64,000 nt of DNA from Trichinella spiralis (lineage: Eukaryota), in the NCBI RefSeq assembly GCF_000181795.1, contig NW_003526945.1:3336305-3400304 (forward strand), given 5' to 3'. A model generated the notes under the pieces. It was not told the DNA's origin and ran no database searches. It was given only the letters and a program-made list of their open reading frames with translations. Below are positions 55,035 through 64,000 of the stretch, in pieces. The position numbers were made by a program, and so were the translations under genes. Position 1 is the first letter of the stretch; each line of letters opens with the position of its first letter.

Positions 55035-57049
55035 TCAACATTCGTTCTTTTCTTTCAAATAAGCAGCGAGCGTCATCTTCGGTGCTACAAAATCACAGCG
55101 TGGGTTCGTTACCGTAGTTATGCGCTTTCCAGCTTTGTTATGGCCTAAACAAATTATAAACACATTACACACAAAAATGGAAAATAGTTTTCGTGGAATT
55201 TATTCTGCTTTTTTTTATGAGGATGTAAAAATTGCAAACATTCGTCGTCGTGTTACTTTCAATTAGAAACCCACTGTTTTTAATTGCAATGTTCGCACTG
55301 CGCAAAGCCCACTAATGCAAGTGGTACTCATTTTACTAACTTCCAAAAAGATTAGCAGGCTGAGTAAACCTTAGCGGACTTTCCCGCCATTTAGACAGAT
55401 ATTAAAATCATCAACCACAAGCCACCCCTGGGACGCTAACCCAGAGTCGCTCAACAACTAAGCGACCAGCTTGCTTAAACCATGCGCAATTATGCTCATC
55501 TGACTGAAGCATTTCATTTCACTCTCCATTTTCCAACATGTGCATGCATCTAAAATATGATGATTTAAATGTGAAATGTTTTACACGGGAAATTAGATTA
55601 TAGAAAGAAGAACAAATCACTGCTTCCCAAAATTCTAAAATCTAATAATGCATGAATTTTATAATTATACGAGAAAAAAAGTTAATCACTTCGAGACTTC
55701 AAAAACAACCACTGCGAAACTGCGTGAAGTAGCATCCGATCAGAGCTCAGCTTTACCCATTTCACACATTTCACTTTTGGCAATTTCGTAAAATGTTCGG
55801 TCAGTTCACACTCAAACGCTTCGAGTTGGTCCTAAAAATTTCAACTTACCCAATAATGTCAATTATGTCATAAAACGTAAACAATCAAACTGTGTTCCAA
55901 TACAATTACAGTGTCTTCGTAAAAATAAATAATATACCTTTGAATCAAAATATTACAGTAACTTTAATTTCATATGGTAGTTGAAGAACGACAAAATCAA
56001 AGTAAACAAATAAAAACAATTACCGCATACAGATTACCAACGCCCAAAGTGGCCTTCATTCGGGAATCGACGTTTGCGTAACGTGCGTCCTGCGAATCTA
56101 AATAAAAAAAATTATTATATTTTCTTCCATGCATTTACTGTCTGCAAACAATTGCACCAATTGCATCCAATTTTTTTTCTGTTTTTGCTCTTTCTTTCGA
56201 ATTACTGTTTCGATTCCAGCAGTTTTCCCATTTTTTTCTGCTTTCACATTTTTCACTCAAAATGGCAGCTTGTTCTTCTTCCGACATTTCCACAAAGTCA
56301 TTCCACAACTGAAAACACAATGAGAAATAAACAAATAAACAAAAATCGTACGTAAATAATAAAACAAAATAAACGTGACCAGTTGCGTGTAAAATTGTTC
56401 GTTAAATACCAGCTCACAACATTCCTAAAAACCTTAATTCCGTGCAAAAACAAGCAACTGGTCAAAGAGAACTTTGATAAATAAGAGCGCCATAACCGAA
56501 TACCGCTTACTTGCATCTTCTCCGAGTCGGTGAAAAGCTGTGAGAACACCGACTGGTACTCAGCAAAGTCGTCAATGCAGACATCGAAGTGGATGTCGTC
56601 CGGGTCGAACAAGTTGAGCAACATGCGCGCTATAAACAATAATTTCAAGCTAGCAACGTTGAGTGTGAACATGAGTCTCAAAAAATTTTTCAAAAAAATC
56701 GACAAACTGTTCTCATGGCGACGCATGCGTCGGGAGTTCAGCCGGCGTTGGGTGTTCCTCAACTCGTTTATTTCTTCTTCAAAGCGAGCCCTCGCACTTT
56801 GCATATCATGATTGCGGGTCCGGCGACGAATTCGACGTCGACGAGTCGATTCAACAGGAGTGGGCAGATCCCCAATAACGTCCGCCAACCACGGGAACTG
56901 GTCTTGCAGTTGGAGCAATCTTGAATATTCGAACAACACATAACGGTCAGAAAATGGCAAAGAACAAACAATCAAAGCAGATAAACAAAGCTTTACGATG
57001 TCTCCATGTTGATGATTGTTCTGGAATTTTTGAACGGAAGCACACCCAT
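55035..57049 (-). CDS. R3HDM4: R3H domain-containing protein 4 (R3H-associated N-terminal domain plus R3H)
   Basis: Spliced MGVLPF..., RRHEN, LWNDFVEMSEEEQ, DRMLLHAVSQW (RxxxH) and GKRITTVTNPRCDFVAPKMTLAAYL. Confidence 0.85.
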
Positions 57050-59337
57050 GATCGAAGCAGCAAAAAATGCACACACGTCCAAACAACAGCGCTTACACAC
57101 GTACCAGTGATCACGCGACTGACGCAACAGCTGTTTAGAACCTGCTTGTCATTAAAATTGTCAACATGTTTTTGCCCCTACAATGACGACAAAAAAAATA
57201 TTTCATTTTCCATCAACCAGATCTATTTTGTTTTCTATTTTATATTCATAAAATAAATTTGGAATATTTTTATTTTTTAAGTAATTTTTTGAAGGGGAAA
57301 TTTTATGGATTTTTATTTTCATCATAAAAAATAATTTAATTGATATTATAATACTAAAAAAAGTAAAGTGAATTTTTTTGAAAAAAAATTTTTTTAATAA
57401 TTAAATTTATTGCAAAAACAGTTCATCTGCATGACTGTTTACCGTAATTGACAAATTTTCACATTGAAACAATAATTTTACAGTAATGAAACTTTGTTGC
57501 AACAATCAACTGATTAGGAAGGATTGCATCACTTTTACTGCACAATGTGTGACAAGAAAATGCAATTGAAATTGATCAGTTGTAAAAAGAAAATTTAATA
57601 CGAACGATAATTTAATAAATATTTCAATCAGTTTTATATTAGAAATTATCATATCTGTAGATGAAAAAGCGGCAGGCCAACATAGTATAGTTTTGTTGAA
57701 AGAAAAATAAGAGTCGCGTTACGTTAAGCTTGTTGTTTTGGGCAGTATGCGCAGAAGAGGGGTGGATTTTTTCATCGACAAAATTTTGACCAATTTTTAA
57801 TCGCATTTGCATAAAAATCCAAAACGAATTGCTCAACTTCTTTCGGAAAACTGTCTTCTTTTTACATTTTACCGTGAAAATTGTTGTACAGTTTCAGAAA
57901 ACAAAATAAATGAATAAAATATTTGTAACAACAAGTACATATTAGTGTGTAATGTTGTAAATTTGAAACTTTTCACCTCTTATCAACAATGTTGAACAAA
58001 CTGTTGCTTATATTGTTTGCAGTTAGATTTTTTTTCCCACTGGCAAAGTTTCATTATTGGAAAAATTGCAAATTATGAATTTTGTTTATTTTTTAGTATC
58101 AATTTTATTTCAACAAGCTGAATTGGCGTGTCAGATTATGAAAAGAAAATGAAAACACGAAGGCGTTGGAAAAGATTGGATCTTTGTGGGACATTTTTCT
58201 TTTATGCAGATCATTTCACATGAACGCCATTTGCTACATTGGGCAATTTGTCAACATTTTCGGCAAACAAAAAGCCATTGTGTGCATCGTTGCATTTGCA
58301 ACGTTTCAAATACCGCTGAATGATTTGAAATGATGAAAAACAAAATCACTTGTCATATGGGAGCCGATTTTCGTTGACATTTGAAAAAATCGTTTACACC
58401 ATTCACAAACACAATAACACTTCAATTTATATGAAAAAAAATTTTTTTACAACTGTTGGAAGAAATTGAAATTTCAACGAAATGAAACAAAAAATCTGAC
58501 ATATAATGTCTGTTGAAATATATTAAAAGGGTATATTTTTAGATGGAAAATTGCTTCGGGTAGAAATGAATTCATCATTTGAAGTTAGTCAGTTGGAAAA
58601 CTTTTCGCGATAGTCAATTTGATATATAAATTCTTCAAGTTGAATATCCATTGTTTTGCAAAAACAGTTTCTTTGTTTTGACCAGAAAAACATCAGTACT
58701 GTATTCGACATTGTTTACTGTTTGTTGTACAGTTTGCTCATTGTATTCAATAAAAAACAATAAACACCGATATTTTTCTATATTTAAAAAATAAAATGAA
58801 AAAAGTTTTTTTTACTACAAAAGTTTTGTCAAACATTCATTCGAATAGAAATTTATTTTCTATGCAAATGTGAAAATTGCTTAATGATGATCAAGTTGAT
58901 TTAAAAATTAGGCTGTCACGCAAATTTAAACTGGATTATTTTATGACATTTTTCCATCTTAAATGAACCAGTTTTATTATTTTTATAGTTATCGATTTGT
59001 TTTTGATAATTTCCATTAATCGAATTCCAAAAGTGATCACAAAGTTTGATGTGATCAGCGAGAAAATAGGTTTATTAGAATGTGGAATAATTTGAAATAG
59101 AAAAATTCAAATAAAAATAAGAACAGATTGTATGTTTTATTTTGGAAATTTTTCTAAGAACACAAAAGCGACAAAAGTGTAAAAAAAGCCGCAAACGAAT
59201 AAAGAATGTATGTATGACGAAGAGAACTACCAAACCAAGGCACATGACGAGTAAAAAAAAAGAAAAGAACACATTCAGTTGAATTTTTGAATATATTTCC
59301 AAAAAGAAAAAAAAGAAAGAACCGTATTTTGAATCAA

Positions 59338-59820
59338 TCACCAGGGTCTCCAGAGGTATGGCGTGTTGGAATCGAACTGTCGCTTGTCTTTGTCATTAGC
59401 AGGCGAGACAGGGGTCGGTGGTGTTGCTGTCGTCGACGGAGAAAGCAACGTGGGTGTGGTCTGATTTCGCAGTCGTTCTTCGAGCATTCGGCTGAGGTGT
59501 GTCATCAAGCCGGCTGCCAACAGTGGACCGGCATTGGGTTCGGTAACGTTTGTCAAGAACAAGGCCGCATTGTTGGCGCAGGTCGTGTAGCCGTCGATGA
59601 AACCTTCGGCTTTTTCTCCACCGCCGACCAGTATGCGCTGCTTCAACAATTGGACAGTCATTTCCAATATATCCGCCTTTTCCACTTTGCTCTGTCCGGC
59701 GGAATTTTGGTCCGCCTTAGGGTCCGCCGCCATCAGGATACTTTTCAATTCAGCGAGACAATGGTTGATACGCGCGCGGCGTCGTTTTTCCATCAGCGGC
59801 TTTTTCAGCTTGCGGTCCAT
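59338..59820 (-). CDS. Hairy/Enhancer-of-split (Hes) bHLH-Orange repressor with WRPW, single exon
   Basis: RKLKKPLMEKRRRARINHCLAELK, KVEKADILEMTV, Orange-like FIDGYTTCANNAALFL and terminal WRPW-stop. Confidence 0.95.
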   Translation of the reverse strand: MDRKLKKPLMEKRRRARINHCLAELKSILMAADPKADQNSAGQSKVEKADILEMTVQLLKQRILVGGGEKAEGFIDGYTTCANNAALFLTNVTEPNAGPLLAAGLMTHLSRMLEERLRNQTTPTLLSPSTTATPPTPVSPANDKDKRQFDSNTPYLWRPW

Positions 59821-59871
59821 GCGACCTGTGGCGACCGGCGTTGCGAGTACAACTGGCAGAAAGGGCACGTA

Positions 59872-60404
59872 GGCACGCGTTCTACGGCACGTATAATATT
59901 CTACGGCCTTGCTCACTCACTCACTGACACAAACTCAATCGCTCTGTTCCAACAATTTTCTGCTTCTTCTGATCATTGGCTGGCCAATTGGCGTCGGCGT
60001 TCCCACGGTCAACTGCACAATGAAGATTAAGCAAAACGCTGTAACGCGTCGGCGGGACGCCCACGCGATCGTACCAAGGTCATAATGAAGCGACATCTGT
60101 CGGTAACGCGTGCCGGTCACTGTAACTATGTACGCTATTGTTGATTATTATTATTATCATCATCATCACTGATAATACTGCTAACATTTATTTATGCATT
60201 GGTAATGTTGGAGAAAAAAAAGAAATGAAGAAAGTGAAAATTGTTCTCATGAATTTTTAATAATTCAAATTAAAAAAAAAATTTTTTTTTTGGATAATAA
60301 TATTCCACGCAAATTTGTTTTGGAATTTCGATGCTTTGCAGCTGCTTTATCTTGTGGTCAGGCGACCGAGTGACACGCGACCCTCGACCAACAACGCGCA
60401 CGTG
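59872..60404 (-). promoter_or_regulatory. Putative Hes promoter: CSL/Su(H) site and class C / E boxes
   Basis: CGTGGGAA on minus (60000-60007); CACGCG at 59874, 60062, 60107 (reverse) and 60374; CACGTG at 60399. Confidence 0.55.
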
Positions 60405-61958
60405 TCACTTTTCCGGTCGAACTTGACCGTGTTTTTATCTTTTGTATTTTCTTCATACCTGTCATCTTATTCTGTCGTCGTTGTGATGTGAATATTACAA
60501 AAAGAAAAAAAAACACTGATTATTATCAATAATTTAAAAAATAAAATTTAAATTAAAAAAACAGTTATTTTTAAATTTTTTTCATTTGCAAAAAATGATA
60601 AAATAGTATTGTGGAAAATTTTGACAAAACAAAAAAGTTACAGTAATACGTGATGAAAAACAAAATTATCAATCAAGTTGGATATTTGCTACCAGTTGTT
60701 TCTTCAGCAGAAGAGAAATGGGAATAAAAATGGTTGGAATTTTCGTTTGTGACCGTTTGATCGAATGTTCAACTTTTGTTGTTTAATATTTATTAATATT
60801 TGACATGTTGCAGATGGCAAAAATTGCAACCGGTAATCGACAAGGTCGAATAAAGCAGAAAAACGCCAGTTGGCATTTTTGCCTTTAACAAAGTTTCAGG
60901 GGAAAAGCTGTATGGAGCTGCCTCTTTTTTTTCAAGCTTCTTCTCCACCGGTGAACGATAAAGCTTCCAGGCAAAGTTGAATATTTGCAAATGGCAATTT
61001 TTCATATTTCAATATTTCACAACAGTTTGTCAGTGAAATTTGCCAAACGTTGACCAGCTGCTTCAATTTTCCAAACTTTTCCTCCACTTTGAAATTGTTC
61101 TTCATTCAACAAAAGCGACAACAACTGTTGTTTATTTATTGTCAAAAAATATTTTTTATTTTTTAAATTTCATTGATCAAATAAAGGGCGGAAGTCGCGG
61201 TGGCATCACACAACTGGACCAGCGTGGGATTACTGACAGCTGCCTTGAACTTTTCTCCACCACGAACGACAATCGTTCAACAAATGCTTCACGTTGAAGC
61301 AAGCCGCGCGTATCTCAATGATGACACTGGTGATGGTAAAATTTTGAACAACAGGCGGAGGAGGAAAATCTGTCCAAATCAGCACATTATCATCTCCAAC
61401 CATTCACCACCAACTGATCAAGTGAATTATCACGGATAATTTTTCCAATTTGTTCACATTTGATACAATCTAAATTATAAAATTTCTCATGTTTAATAAA
61501 AATTATTTTCACAAAATATTTTCTGTTCACATTAGACATTTATTTGAAACAGTACAGCAGTTTTACATACCGATCTCAATTGAATAACTGTATTAACTTT
61601 TTATTGAAATATCTTCCAAAAATACAATTATCAAAATGCGTACTGTATAAAATATAATGAAAAAAAATCAATGGTAATCAAATATTTTCAAATTTCTACA
61701 ACTAAAAAAATCAACAGATGTAAAATAAAAAATGACAATTACAAATTTCACTTTTTGATTTTCAAATGTAAATTAAAATAACTTTTTCAATATCATGCAA
61801 TGAAAACTATTTGATAACCAATGTAATTTTTACTTTTCATCAACCCAATCTTTACGCAAAACATGCTTAAAGCAATGCAAAAAGTAATTTGATGCGAAAT
61901 TGATGTTTACTACATTTTATAAAAATCAGTGCAACTCCTCAGTGTGGTGTCACTCGAA

Positions 61959-62557
61959 TCATTTAGAATGCTCAGCTAGATATTTTTCTCGTAATGCCAA
62001 AAGTTCGTCTTCAAGCTTCAGAATCTGCCCTCCGCACTGATTGAAATTGTCGTACAAATATTGCTTCTGCATCAGACGCGTGGGCAAATTCATGTAATGA
62101 TCACGAGTACGACTCCAATCCCACGGCGGAATCTTTTTCGTGCGATCCAGCCAGACTTCAAATTTTGTCAAATTGTAACCAACTATGAAAATTGTACCAG
62201 CAACGAAACCGCTGATCACGCCAACCATGGGCCACAGATCAAAATGCCGCACACTGGTGCGAAAAAACCTACAATGTCATGCAATTTGAGTAAAAACAAT
62301 CAAAATTTAATAACAGTGAGCAAATTTAAAAATTCAAAACCACTCAACACTACCCTGCTGAAATAAATTTTATTGAAACATTATTAAAAAGTCATCTTTT
62401 TCCTAACTATTTTTTTCAAAGGCTTCTGATCACTTGAAATAATAGAAAATTATTCGTACCGCCGAAGTTCTTGGCCGGTGGTGAAAAAAGATGCCGGATA
62501 ACGAATCATTTTCCCATTAGGTGGAACATCGCCCGTATAAACTGGAACTTGCTCCAT
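61959..62557 (-). CDS. NDUFA4/COXFA4 (B12D)-like mitochondrial single-TM protein, 2 exons
   Basis: Phase-2 splice gives MEQVPVY...RHFDLWPMVGVISGFVAGTIFIVGYNLTKFEVWLDRTKKIPPW, which resembles the family's P-TM-VxxDR-x-PW pattern. Confidence 0.7.
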
Positions 62558-63347
62558 TTTTCACTTGCTGTAATTGAAAAATACACTGCGAAAAAATATC
62601 AATAAAATAACCAAATGTCCTTTTATATATACTACCTGTCAGTGCAATTTACAGTATACACTATGATTTGCAAGTTTTATTCATTATGATATGAAGCAAT
62701 TTGCATCGAAAAGTACAGCAAGTGTAATAATTGAAATTGAACAAATTTATGCATTTAAAATTAATAAGTAAAACTTATTTTAATATTTTCCCATAAACAC
62801 ATGCATAATTTATATGCGATGAAAAATTCTTTGTTCTATCTCATTGTATTTCTTTAGTCAGCAATACATAACAAGGAATAAAAAAAAATTAAAGTTGGAA
62901 AAGTTAGCAAAACTGCAAATTCAAATTCTATTAACTCAAAAAACTCTATTCATTGTGAGTAATTATTAAAATGTACAAAATATTATTCTATTCGATTATA
63001 TATTATATCATATTATTATTATTAAATTGTGAAACCAGATTTGTGCACAAAAGTTTACAAAAAAATGTAAAGCTTCATGAGAGAATTTGCCATTTCAAAA
63101 ACTTTGGAAATTAATTTGAATATTAATTTTCGAAAATATAAAGTATCATTAAATGCATTAATTGCTGATTTGGTCAACATTGAATTTCACCTTCAATTTC
63201 TAACGCAGCTGTTGTTTTCTAACAACCGTTGCAAGCTAATTTATCCACAAAGAAGCAATGGATAGCGGCAGTTGTGAAGTTTCTTGCCGTTGCAAAGTTG
63301 TGGCTAGTTTTCCGTTTGGATGAATAAATGACCAGCGGCTTTTTTCG

Positions 63348-63563
63348 ATGAACACTACACTGCTTGGAGAGATTATTTCGATTCTTGTTGGAGCTTTTGG
63401 TTTTTTGCTGGTCGGATTTTGTATATTCTTCATTTGCTTCTTATTGAGTACTGTTTCGTCGTGGATTCGTAAAATAATGGATAGTTCCAAACAGAAACGC
63501 AATTTTAGTGACTCGGCAGATAAGGACGACAATTCGGATGAAATTATTACAATCACTGCTTAG
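63348..63563 (+). CDS. Possible small single-pass membrane protein (71 aa)
   Basis: ATG-initiated ORF in a locally GC-richer island: hydrophobic N-terminal half, then a basic and acidic tail. Confidence 0.4.
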   Translation: MNTTLLGEIISILVGAFGFLLVGFCIFFICFLLSTVSSWIRKIMDSSKQKRNFSDSADKDDNSDEIITITA

Positions 63564-64000
63564 GATAATTAAAAAATGATTAGAAGAATGAAATGCGTTT
63601 AGAAGTGAGTATCATAATTTTGCACATTATCTGTTTCTTCCTTTTTTGATTATAGAAAATGAATAATAATGTTTACGAATAATTCACAACTGAATAGTTG
63701 AAAATGAATTTTTTTTACTTCTAATACGTATTATAAGCAATTAATTTTTGAACACTGATTTTAAAATAATGCATTTTCAAAAGTAATCTACTTTTTGAAA
63801 TATGATAATCTACATAAATAATTTGTTAATTTCAAAATTGCATTTTAATTGAAAATCATTTTTTTCAGATTTAGATTGCATTTTCAAAGTTATGCTATTT
63901 CAAAATCATCCAAAGTTTACTGATTTACCACTGCCGTCGAACATGAATATTCCAGTGTTATTGTTGGTTTTAATAGCCTTGCAATCTTTTTACTGCCATG

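Noticed and set aside
59036..59041. K-box core TGTGAT in the putative Hes 3' UTR
   Set aside because: A single 6-mer without the consensus flanks is expected by chance, and the UTR end is unknown.
59287..60030. 247-aa plus-strand ORF, and similar antisense ORFs over emc-2, Shaker and gag
   Set aside because: These are shadow frames of real genes on the opposite strand.
1..64000. CRISPR arrays, rRNA or prokaryotic systems
   Set aside because: None seen. The window is spliceosomal-intron eukaryotic DNA.

Overview
Eukaryotic, AT-rich, short-intron scaffold that looks like a nematode (Trichinella-like clade I is my inference from composition, intron style and gene content). It has three 10-N assembly gaps. 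The left end holds two tandem 5' halves of a BEL/Pao LTR retrotransposon (LTR, PBS, gag-protease; minus strand). Next come an orphan 4-exon membrane-protein gene, melted/VEPH1, a head-to-head pair of CLC chloride channel paralogs, a serpentine GPCR, VPS28, an intronless EMC2, uracil-DNA glycosylase, phenylalanine hydroxylase, a Shaker/Kv1 channel, R3HDM4, a Hairy/E(spl) bHLH-Orange-WRPW gene, an NDUFA4-like gene and a possible small membrane-protein ORF. Three observations stand out. (1) The retrotransposon primer-binding site matches the whole 3' half (positions 38-76 including CCA) of tRNA-Tyr, and the first gag ATG lies inside it. (2) One CLC paralog has substitutions in four anion-pathway signature motifs while its neighbour is canonical. 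(3) The Hes gene keeps WRPW and has a CSL site plus clustered CACGCG boxes upstream. All gene models were spliced by eye and family calls rest on recalled motifs, not database searches.
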